A stretch of DNA of 63,281 bases, counting the filler, from Chiloscyllium plagiosum (taxonomy: Eukaryota): NCBI RefSeq assembly GCF_004010195.1. It is 8 parts of one record of this genome, joined end to end, with 100 filler letters (N's around TTAATTAATTAA, not from the genome) between each part and the next. Parts side by side here need not be neighbours in the genome. Positions count along the whole stretch, not along the records: positions 22,577 to 26,868 come from NC_057717.1; positions 26,969 to 43,618 come from NC_057717.1; 6 more parts are not named here. One strand, written 5' to 3'. The notes below the pieces were generated by a model, which was not told the DNA's origin, did no database searches, and worked only from the letters and a program-made list of their open reading frames with translations. This document shows, piece after piece, positions 23,101 through 34,229 of this stretch (its first letter is position 1; every line of letters starts with the position of its first letter). The position numbers and the translations under genes are program-made.

Positions 23101-26100
23101 CAGTCACCCTGACCCCCTCACACTTACTGCGTCATTATCAGCCTGACCCCATCACAGTCACTGCATCACTGTCACCTTGAACCCCTCACACTTACTGTGT
23201 CACTATCACCCTGACACCCGTCACACTTACTGCACACTGTCACCCTGACCCCCGTAACATTTTCTGCATCATTATAAACTTGACACTCTCGCACTTAGTG
23301 CGCAACAGTCACCCTGATCCCCGTCACACTTACTGCATGACTATCACCCTGAACCCCGTCACACTTACTGCATCACTATAGCCCTGACTCCCGTCACACT
23401 AATTGCATCACTATCACCCTAGCACCCTCACACTTACTGAGTCACAGTCATCCTGAAGCCCTCCCAGTTACTGCATCACAGTCACCCTGACCCCCTCACG
23501 CTTACTGATTCACTGTTACCCTGACCCCGGTCACACTTACTGCGTCACTGTCACCGTGACCCCGTCACACTTACAGCATCACTATCACCATGCCCGTCTC
23601 ACACTTACTGCGACACTATCACTCTGACCCCCTCACAGTCACGGCATCACTGTCACCTTGAACCCCTCAGTCTTACTATGTCACTATCACCCTGACCTCC
23701 GTTATACCTACTGCATCACTATCACCCTGACCCCCTCACACTTACTGCGTCACTATCACCATGACTCCCGTCACACTTACTGCATCACTATCACCCTGAC
23801 AGCCGCACACTTGCTGCGTCACGATCACCCTGACCCCCGTCANNNNNNNNNNNNNNNNNNNNNNNNNNNNNNNNNNNNNNNNNNNNNNNNNNNNNNNNNN
23901 NNNNNNNNNNNNNNNNNNNNNNNNNNNNNNNNNNNNNNNNNNNNNNNNNNNNNNNNNNNNNNNNNNNNNNNNNNNNNNNNNNNNNNNNNNNNNNNNNNNN
24001 NNNNNNNNNNNNNNNNNNNNNNNNNNNNNNNNNNNNNNNNNNNNNNNNNNNNNNNNNNNNNNNNNNNNNNNNNNNNNNNNNNNNNNNNNNNNNNNNNNNN
24101 NNNNNNNNNNNNNNNNNNNNNNNNNNNNNNNNNNNNNNNNNNNNNNNNNNNNNNNNNNNNNNNNNNNNNNNNNNNNNNNNNNNNNNNNNNNNNNNNNNNN
24201 NNNNNNNNNNNNNNNNNNNNNNNNNNNNNNNNNNNNNNNNNNNNNNNNNNNNNNNNNNNNNNNNNNNNNNNNNNNNNNNNNNNNNNNNNNNNNNNNNNNN
24301 NNNNNNNNNNNNNNNNNCCTGACACCCGTCACACTTACTGCATCATTATCACTCTGACCACTGTAACACTTTCTGCATCACTATCACCCTGACACACTCG
24401 CACTTAGTGCGTAACAGTCACCCTTATCCCCCTCACACTTACCTCATCACTATCAACCTGACCCACTCACACATAATGCGTCACTATCACCCTGATCCCC
24501 CACACTTATTATGTCACTATCACACTGACACCCGTCACAATTACTGCGTCACAATCACCATGACCCCCGTTAAACTTACTACATCGCTATCACCCTGCCC
24601 GTCTCAGACTTACTGCGACACTATCACTCTGACCCCCTCACAGTCACTGCATCACTGTCACCTTGAACCCCTCAGTCTTACTGTGTCACTATCACTCTGA
24701 CAGCCGCACACTTACTGCGTCACGATCACCCTTACCCCCGTCACACTTGCTGCGTCACTATCACCCTGACCCCCTCACAGTCGCTGCATCACTGCCACCC
24801 TGACCACCTCACACTTCCTGTGTCACAATACCCTGACCCCCTCACAGTCACTGCATCACTGTCACCGTGACCCCTCACATTTACTGCCTCACGAACACCC
24901 TGACACCCGTCACACTTACTGTATCACTATCACCCTGACACCCTCACACTTGCTGCGTCACTGACACCTTGACACCCTCACACGTACTGTATTACTATCA
25001 CCCTTACCCCCTCACACTGACTGCACCACTGTCACACTGAACCCCACATATTTACTGCGTCATTGTCTCCCTGACCCCCTCACACTTACTGCGTCAATGT
25101 CTCCCTGACCCTGTCACACTTACTTCATCACTATCACCCTGTCCCCCTCACACGTACTGCACCACTATCGCACTGACCACCTCACACTTGCTGCGACACT
25201 ATCACCCTGACACCCGTCACACTTACTGCATCATTATCACTCTGACCACTGTAACACTTTCTGCATCACTATCACCCTGACACACTCGCACTTAGTGCGT
25301 AACAGTCACCCTTATCCCCCTCACACTTACCTCATCACTATCAACCTGACCCACTCACACATAATGCGTCACTATCACCCTGATCCCCCACACTTATTAT
25401 GTCACTATCACACTGACACCCGTCACAATTACTGCGTCACAATCACCATGACCCCCGTTAAACTTACTACATCGCTATCACCCTGCCCGTCTCAGACTTA
25501 CTACGACACTATCACTCTGACCCCCTCACAGTCACTGCATCACTGTCACCTTGAACCCCTCAGTCTTACTGTGTCACTATCACTCTGACAGCCGCACACT
25601 TACTGCGTCACGATCACCCTTACCCCCGTCACACTTGCTGCGTCACTATCACCCTGACCCCCTCACAGTCGCTGCATCACTGCCACCCTGACCACCTCAN
25701 NNNNNNNNNNNNNNNNNNNNNNNNNNNNNNNNNNNNNNNNNNNNNNNNNNNNNNNNNNNNNNNNNNNNNNNNNNNNNNNNNNNNNNNNNNNNNNNNNNNN
25801 NNNNNNNNNNNNNNNNNNNNNNNNNNNNNNNNNNNNNNNNNNNNNNNNNNNNNNNNNNNNNATCACCCTCACCCCGAAACACTTTCTGCATCACTCTCAC
25901 CCTGACTCCCTCACACTTAATGCGTCACTATCACCCTGACCCCCGTCACACTTACTGTGTTACTGTCACCCTAACCCCCTCACAATTACTGCGTCATTGT
26001 CACGGTGACCCCGTCACATATACTGCGTCACTACCACCCTAATACCCATCACACTTACTGCATCACTGTCACCCTAACCCCGGAAACACTTACTGCATCA

Positions 26101-26868
26101 CCATCACCCTGAGGCCCTCGCACTTAGTGCGCAACAATCACTCTGACCCCGTCACACTTACTGCATCACTATCACCTGACCCCTTCACACTTCATGCGTC
26201 ATTATCACCCTGACCCCCGTCTCACTTACTGCATCACTATGACAATAAACCCCTCACACTTACTGTGTCAGTATAACCCTGACCCCCTCACAGTTACTGC
26301 ATCACTGTCACTCTGACCCCCGTAATATTTTCTGCATCGTTATCAACTTGACACACTCGCACTTAGTGCACAACAGTCACCCTGACCCCCGTCACACTTA
26401 CTGCATCACTATCACCCTGAACCCCATCACACGAATTGCACCACTATCACCCTAACACCCTCACACTTACTGAGTCACAGTCATCCTGACCCCGTCACAC
26501 TTACTGCGTCACTGTTACCCTGACCCCAGACACACTTACTGCATCACTGTCATCCTGACCCCATCACACTTTCTGCATCACTATCACCCTGACGCACTCG
26601 CACTTAGTGCGCAACAGTCACTCTGACCTCGTCACACTTACTGCATAACTATCACCTGACCCCTTTACACTTCATGCGTCACTATCAACCTGACCCCCGT
26701 CACACTTACTGCATCACTATGACAATAAACCCCTCACACTTACTGCGACATTATCACCCTGACCCCCTCACAATGACTGCGTCACTATCACCCTGACCCC
26801 CTCACACTTATTGCGTCACTATCACCCTGACCCCCTCACACTTCATGCATCACTATCACCCTGATGCC
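17150..26868. repeat. 34-bp C-rich satellite array (~9.7 kb including gaps)
   Basis: Consensus CATCACTATCACCCTGACCCCCTCACACTTACTG (units 33-35 bp), e.g. CACACTTACT at 17251 and 17285. Confidence 0.97.
22477..22576. other. Artificial contig linker (44 N + TTAATTAATTAA + 44 N); also at ~26869, 43619, 48078, 51649, 57649, 61219
   Basis: An identical six-frame-stop 12-mer is centred in N runs seven times. Confidence 0.95.
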
Positions 26869-26968
26869 NNNNNNNNNNNNNNNNNNNNNNNNNNNNNNNN
26901 NNNNNNNNNNNNTTAATTAATTAANNNNNNNNNNNNNNNNNNNNNNNNNNNNNNNNNNNNNNNNNNNN

Positions 26969-27655
26969 CCCGAAGAGTGCTAGCAAACCTACCCTCCAGG
27001 ATATTGGTGCCCTTCTGGTTCAGGTGCACCCCGTCCTGTTTGTACAGGTCCCACCTTCCCCAGAATGCAGTCCAATTGTCCAAATATCTGAAGCCCTCCC
27101 TCCTACACCATCCTTGCAGCCACGTGTTCAACTGCACTCTCTCCCTATTCTTTGCCTCACTGTCACGTGGCACCGGCAACAACCCAGAGTTGACGACTCT
27201 GTCTGTCCTAGCTTTTAGCTTCCAGCCTAACTCCTTGAGCTCTTGAATGACCTCCCCACCCCTCTTCCTACCTATGTCGTTGGTGCCAATGTGTACCACG
27301 ACTTCTGGCTGCACACCCTCCCCCTTAAGGATTCTGAAGACACGGTCTGAGACGTCTCGGACCCTAGCACCCGGGAGGCAACAAACCATCCGTGAGTCTC
27401 GCCCATGTCCACAGAACCGCCTGTCCGTCCCTCTAACTAGAGAGTCCCCTATAACTAGCGCTCTCCTCCTCTCCCCCTTTCCCTTCTGAGTCTCAGAGCC
27501 ACAGACCCCTTCACTGCAGCTTACACCTGCAACGCTGTCCCCCCCAACAGTTTCCAAAGCTGTATACTTATTTTTTAGGGGAACGACCACAGGGGAACCC
27601 TGCACTGCCTGCGTCTTCCCCTTCCCACCTCTAACTGTTACCCAGCTACCTCTGT
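26969..27655 (-). mobile_element. CR1 LINE ORF1 fragment (SGNH/GDSL esterase domain), open frame
   Basis: RALVIGDSLVRG...LPGARV...VVHIGTNDIG...DGVHLN; cut by the linker gap. Confidence 0.9.
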
Positions 27656-27868
27656 AGCTGTGAGGTTCACAGCATTGACAGGTTTGTGAGAGTCAGAGAG
27701 AATATCTGAATGTTTAGCAAAGAGTTCTGAGTGCCACAGGGTATTGCTGATTGAGTGGTGGGAATGTGGTGTAGAGAGCAGTAAGGACAGGTTGGTTGTG
27801 TTCCAGTTCCCTAACTCGTTCGGTGAGGATCAGGATCTGACTGCATTTCCTGCAGACGAAGTCTGACG

Positions 27869-30800
27869 AGTAACCCTCCCTATTCAATCTCCTTCTCTAT
27901 TATCCTATAATTACCCCTAATTAATGCACCTCATGTACAAAATACCGAAAACGATAGGTAATTTAGCATGGCCATTTCAGCTGACCTGTTAAAAATCACA
28001 CAACACCAGGTTATAGTCCAACTGTCTTAATTGGAAGCATTAGTTTTCGGAGCGCCGCTCCCACAACCACCAAGTGTTGTGTGATTTTTAACTTTGTACA
28101 AAAATGAGTAGGGCACTATTATGCAGAAGGTGTTTCACGGAACAATTAGATGGAAAAAGTGATGCAGGATATCAATAATTGGAGAATTCATGGAGATATA
28201 ATTAAATTCTAAGTGGGTGAAATGGGTCAGGATACCACTCAATGGGAAAGTTGGTGCAGTTCCATATATTAGAACATAGAAGATTACAGCCCAGAACAGG
28301 CCTTTCTTCCTACGAAGTTGTTCCGATCTGTGGAACCAATCTGAAACGTATCTCTCCTACAATATTCTACTTTCATCCATATGTTTATCAAAATTTTGCT
28401 GACTTGGTAAATGAAAGAATTAGTGCAGAGCGGTTAAGCCCTAAATCAAGTCATAGAGATGTAGAACACGGAAACAGATCTTTTGGTCCGACTCATCCAT
28501 GCCTAAATAGAAGACTTCTACCAGTGCGACACGATAAGGGAAGAATATGAGAATTTGCGGCAGGTCAGTTAGGAAGGTTGGAGCAGTGTAGCAGTAAATG
28601 GGAGAACTTGGACAGGTCAAGAATTGACAGGGGAATTCCAGCTGAACACCCCTAAATAGGAAACTTGGGCTTGGGAACCTGTCATTTCTCAAAGAATCAC
28701 TTAGACTCTCTGGCAAGTCAGGAATGAACTCAGACAATACACAGTTCTTCACTTGTGTCCCTCTGACAATGAAGCACTCCCTCACCGTTAAACCTCTGAC
28801 AAGGCTCCAATACCTCAGTATTGTTGGTTCAGTTGTGAAGTACTACCTCATTTCTGACACTGTTTAAAGAAACAATGTCTGATTATTGATGCTTTGTTAC
28901 CCGTGCACTCCCTCAGTTCCTCATTGAAATGAGGTAAGAATACATGATGAGAGGGTGAGGACAGAGGCAGTACCTAGTCAGAGGATTTGTAGTGAGCGAA
29001 TACCTGCATTTCAAAGCACCAATGCCAAAATTTCTGAATACTTGATCAGCTAATTACTCTCTTCAGAATTACCTCTGTCTTCATGAAGCAGCCTTTAATT
29101 CTGACATCATTACACTGAGGCAATCCGTGTGTGCATTAATAAGAGAGGGTCAGTGCCTCTTTGTAAGGGTTCGGAAACGAGGGAGTGCAACATAATTCGA
29201 GGATCACTGCTAAGATACGGAAATTCTGCCAGAAGGTTCGTATCGAGGGAGTATTCCTTTGCCAGATAGTCAGAAATGAAGAAGTATTTCAGTCCTGTGG
29301 CAGTGACTTGTCACAGAGTGAGTGTTATGGAATTGTTTCAGGATTCACTGAGTTTGCCACAGCCCAATTCTTCCATTCAGAAGTGCTCTACTCCAAGTCT
29401 CCCATCCATTATTGTCTTTTCCCAGTTATCTCATTTACTGTTATACTGTAACAATCCTCCCATTATCTGATGTCCTGCTCCAAATTCTTAAATTCAGAAA
29501 GCTCGAGCACAATGTTTTCATTTAGCAATTCCCTGCAACGACTCTCCCTTTCAGTGGTACGCTGCCAGAACTTTTAAGTTTAGATATGGACGAGTTGAAA
29601 TGAAGAGTAGTTTCGTGCGGGACATCTCCATGACTCTACTTCGGGCTCTCCTGCTTTCCACCAATTCTCACATTCACCAATCCTGCACAAATCCTCCACC
29701 TGGTGAACTGCAAAATTACCCCATTATTTGCTCCCTGATGCACATCTTCCAGGTAATCGTGCACTTCTCACATTTAAAAAAAATCATGTATTAAAATCTC
29801 CACTTCATTACTTCTTTTGCAACATTCCTCTTATTCACTGATTACCTGCTCGTGTTCTCCCAAACCACATGCTCTGCTCCAATCCTCTCTGTTACTGGCA
29901 TCACACACAAATTTTCCACTTTTTTCGATAACGTGAAAAAGATCCGCACGAACTGCTGCCCGACACAATTCTCCCATGTATTGATCTACCATTTGGGTGT
30001 GCTCTGCTCTAATCCTGTCCAATTGCTCCTATTTAGAGTTACCAGTCCTCTCATTTATTGTTGCAGTACGACATTACATACCCCGAAATAATGAGACATT
30101 CCCTCAGTTTTTAAACTCTGATAACAAGGAAATACCTCAGTATTGAACATTTGACAATGATGCATTCCCACAGTTCTGAACATCATTGCTTCAATATCTC
30201 AGATAATGGGAAAAATCGTGCAGTGTAACTTGTAATTGATAAACACAGAGGCAGTATGTCGTTGTGTTACAAACATGCAGTTCTATCTTAGCGTCAGTCC
30301 GAATTGTCTGAGTCATTGTCAGAGTGTCCGCAATGTGGCAGTGGCCCATTGTCAGAGAATGTTTTCTGAGGGACCGCCACAGTTTTAGAAGGTCAGCCCT
30401 CACGCATTGCCTCACTGTGAGGGAACGTTGAGAATGTGCATCAAAATTACATGGTCAGTGTTGGGTTTTGCAAGACCTCATTAGCAGAGGTTCAAAGCGA
30501 CGATGTTCCTTCTTGTCATACATTCATTCCGAAGCATTCCACTTTTTTATCAGATTACTTCAGAGGCAGTACCTCAATGTTTTGTGGTCAGAACTGAGGG
30601 AGAGTAATATGATTAGAATGTGAGGGCTGAGGTATTGAAGCTCTATCACAGTCTGGGATATTTGGGAATGTTTTATTATCGGAGGCACAATACTGACACA
30701 ATGCCTTATTATAAGGGTGTCAAGAATTGAAGGGGTTCCACAATAAAAAGTCAGTCCTAAGGTATGCTGCACTGTCAGAGGGTCAGTTCTGTGTACGGTC

Positions 30801-32065
30801 CTCATTATCAGATGGGTAGGACTGAGGCAGAGCCTCATTGTCAGAAGATCCATTCTGAGGCAGTTTCTTATTGTAAGGGGTCAAAGTTGAGTCGTTGCCA
30901 CACACGTTTAGAAAAGGTGTCTCATTGTCAGACGGTCAGAAATGAGGGATAGCGTTACTAACCGTGGTCAATATGAACTGCTGTCTCAATATAACAAGTT
31001 CAGAATTGGGCGAGTGCAGCAGGATTTTAGGATCAGTGATAGACGGTTAATACTGACCCATGAGTCTCATTTAATTCGGGTCAAAGTGAGGGATTGTGAC
31101 AGTGTCAGAGATTCAGTTCTGAGGCAGTACCCTTTATGAGAGTGTCATTGCTGAGGCACTGGCCCTTTTATAAAAGTTAAGAATGTGGGCAGCACGGTGG
31201 CACAGTGGTTAGCACTGCTACCTCACAGCGCCAGAGACCCGGGTTCAATTCCCGCCTCAGGCGACTGACTGTGTGGAGTTTGCACATTCTCCCCGTAGGT
31301 TTCCTCCAGGTGCTCTGGTTTCCTCCCACAGTCCAAAGATGTGCAGGACAGGTGAATTGGCCATGCTAAATTGCCCGTAGTGTTCGGTAAGGGGTAAATG
31401 TAGGGGTATGTGTGGGTTGCACTTCGGCGGGTCGGTGTGGACTTGTTGGGCCGAAGGGCCTGTTTTCCACACTGTAAATAACCTAACCTAATCTAATCTA
31501 AAAAAACTGAGAGAATGCTACCAAATTAGAGGAGGTCTTGCTGCACCATCAGATCTTCAACACGAAGTTTAGTGCTTCAGAGTCAGATGGTCAGATATGT
31601 GAGAGTGCGTTACTGTCAGTGGATAAGTTCTGAGGCAGCGACTAATTGCAGGAGGTTCAGTTGTGAAGGAGTGTCTCAATTGGTAGAGGTTCAGTGCCTC
31701 AGGCGTTAGAGTTGTGGGCGTGTTTGTATTGAGAAGGTCAGTAATGTGGTTTTGCAGCACTGTCAAACAATCAGAATTCCGGGACGGCACTGTGACAGTC
31801 TTCCATTTACTGATGCCCTGCAATAATTTATCGCACTTGTCCCACTTCCATCTGTTCTGTTGCTGTAAATTGTTTCCCCCTTGCACCACATGGAACAAAG
31901 TTCTATAACTGACTGATATCATACATCATTTTTCCTACAGTATTTCCAGACGTGCTGCTCCAATTCTTCCTTTGAATATCTCTCTGCAACAATTCTCCCA
32001 TTTATTGTTCGCTGATTTTACAGTTCAAATTTTAGCTGCATTTAGTGGTGCCATGGCGGGTTCTG
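27869..32065 (+). repeat. ~4.2-kb direct segmental duplication, copy 1 (partner 38934-43138)
   Basis: Shared start GTAACCCTCCCTA.TCAATCTCC and shared end CATTTAGTGGTG.CATGGC; parallel ORF-track peptides throughout. Confidence 0.95.
31187..31506 (+). mobile_element. HE1-type (V-SINE) shark SINE, full length
   Basis: GGGCAGCACGGTGGCACAGTGGTTAGCACTGC (A box), GGTTCAATTCC (B box), V-domain GTGGAGTTTGCACATTCTCCCCGT, CR1-like tail GGGCCGAAGGGCCTGT and (CTAA/ATCTA)n end. Absent from duplicate copy 2. Confidence 0.92.
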
Positions 32066-32707
32066 TAAAATAGTTCCACGATTTACAGATGTCCTACTCC
32101 AATTCGAACAGTATCTGATGCCCGCCTCCAAATAATCCAATTTAAATATGTTCTAACACCGTTCTTCTATTCACTAATTACATGGAATCATTCGTCCAGT
32201 GCCGAATTTCCAAAATTGCGTTGTGCACTGCACGAATCGTCCATTTACTGATGCAGTAAATCTTCAATTTAATGCTTCTCTGCAACAATTCTTTAATTAT
32301 TGGACCACTGACGAAAATTTCCCATTTACTGTCAACCTGCAGCAATATTCCTGTTTACTGATGCCTTGACATTTTTCGACCATCAAAAGGTGATCTTCTC
32401 CAATGTTCTCTTGACATTTTTCGACCATCAAAAGGTGATCTTCTCCAATGTTCTGATTTCGTGGCACTATGCACTATGTCTCCCATTTACTGATACCCTA
32501 CTTAAATTATCCCAATTAACGGGGGTCAGGAAAATGTATAGAGTGTCAGGAATGCCAGATCGTCGGAATTGTGGAATAATACCATTGCCAGTATTGAGGG
32601 AATTCATCATTGTCAGATGACCAATACTGAGGCAGTGCTCCATTGTGAATGAGTCTTGATTGTGCAAGTGCAACATGCTGACAGGTTAGTACTGAGAAGC
32701 ACTGTCA

Positions 32708-33910
32708 GAGTCTGGATCAGTAGTGCTGGAAGAGCACAGCAATTCAGGCAGCATCCGAGGACAGGCAAAATCGACGTTTCGGGCAAAAGCCCTTCATCAG
32801 GAATAAAGGCAGTGAGCCTGAAGCGTGGAGAGATAAGCTAGAGGAGGGTGGGGGTGGGGAGAGAGNNNNNNNNNNNNNNNNNNNNNNNNNNNNNNNNNNN
32901 NNNNNNNNNNNNNNNNNNNNNNNNNNNNNNNNNNNNNNNNNNNNNNNNNNNNNNNNNNNNNNNNNNNNNNNNNNNNNNNNNNNNNNNNNNNNNNNNNNNN
33001 NNNNNNNNNNNNNNNNNNNNNNNNNNNNNNNNNNNNNNNNNNNNNNNNNNNNNNNNNNNNNNNNNNNNNNNNNNNNNNNNNNNNNNNNNNNNNNNNNNNN
33101 NNNNNNNNNNNNNNNNNNNNNNNNNNNNNNNNNNNNNNNNNNNNNNNNNNNNNNNNNNNNNNNNNNNNNNNNNNNNNNNNNNNNNNNNNNNNNNNNNNNN
33201 NNNNNNNNNNNNNNNNNNNNNNNNNNNNNNNNNNNNNNNNNNNNNNNNNNNNNNNNNNNNNNNNNNNNNNNNNNNNNNNNNNNNNNNNNNNNNNNNNNNN
33301 NNNNNNNNNNNNNNNNNNNNNNNNNNNNNNNNNNNNNNNNNNNNNNNNNNNNNNNNNNNNNNNNNNNNNNNNNNNNNNNNNNNNNNNNNNNNNNNNNNNN
33401 NNNNNNNNNNNNNNNNNNNNNNNNNNNNNNNNNNNNNNNNNNNNNNNNNNNNNNNNNNNNNNNNNNNNNNNNNNNNNNNNNNNNNNNNNNNNNNNNNNNN
33501 NNNNNNNNNNNNNNNNNNNNNNNNNNNNNNNNNNNNNNNNNNNNNNNNNNNNNNNNNNNNNNNNNNNNNNNNNNNNNNNNNNNNNNNNNNNNNNNNNNNN
33601 NTGTCAGTGTCAAGTCTGTCGTCACTGATGGAGATGGAGAGGTCCAGGAGGGGGAGGGAGGTGTCAGAGATGGTCCAGTTAAATTTAAGGTCAGGGTGGA
33701 ATGTGTTGGTGAAGTTGATGAATTGCTCAACCTCCTCGCGGGAGCATGAGGTGGCGCCAATGCAGTCATCAATGTAGCGGAGGAAGAGGTGGGGAGTGGT
33801 ACCGGTGTAATTACGGAAGATCAACTGTTCTCCGTTGCCAACAAAGAGACAGGCATAGCTGGGGCCCATACGTGTGTCCATGGCTACCCCTTTGGTCTGG
33901 AGGAAGTGAG
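32708..33910 (-). mobile_element. Penelope-like retroelement (RT core, gap, terminal repeat)
   Basis: QTKGVAMDTRMGPSYACLFVG...FLRYIDDCIG...LPLLDLSI at 33602-33910; pLTR at 32710-32865. Confidence 0.9.
32767..32805 (-). ncRNA. Minimal hammerhead ribozyme motif in Penelope terminal repeat
   Basis: UAUUC-CUGAUGA-A-GGGC-UUUU-GCCC-GAAA-CG-UC-GAUUUU: intact core, 4-bp stem II, palindromic ACGU in place of stem III, weak stem I. Confidence 0.65.
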
Positions 33911-34229
33911 AGGAGTGTCAGACTGATGGGGTGACCTCTGAAAATGAGTCACTGCCTCTCAACTGACCCATTGACTGTGTGCACATTCTCAGTACTGACG
34001 AAGCAAATGTGTTCCACTCTCTCATGTTGACATAATTAGGCCCTTCGTCAGTACTGAGTACCTGACAATCTGGAATTCCAACCGGACTGGACATTCAATA
34101 ACGAATACGGCCTCAGACCTGCGTTGCATAATAGTCAGGCACTTGCTCAGTATTGAACCCCCGAAGAGAGGCTCTCCTTTAGTACTGAACAGCTGACAAT
34201 AATGTGCTCTCTCAGTGCTGACCCAATCA

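Noticed and set aside
17340..26800. CACAGTC/CACTGTC motifs as V(D)J recombination signal heptamers
   Set aside because: Not CACAGTG, no nonamer at 12/23 spacing and no Ig/TCR segments.
17150..26868. CRISPR-like array or His/Thr/Pro-rich protein ORFs
   Set aside because: Units are head-to-tail with no unique spacers, there are no cas genes and the context is eukaryotic; the ORFs are translations of a non-triplet 34-bp satellite.
28242..32676. Paired ORFs conserved between duplication copies as real genes
   Set aside because: The similarity reflects recent duplication; frames and stops differ between copies and the DNA is decayed repeat or minisatellite.
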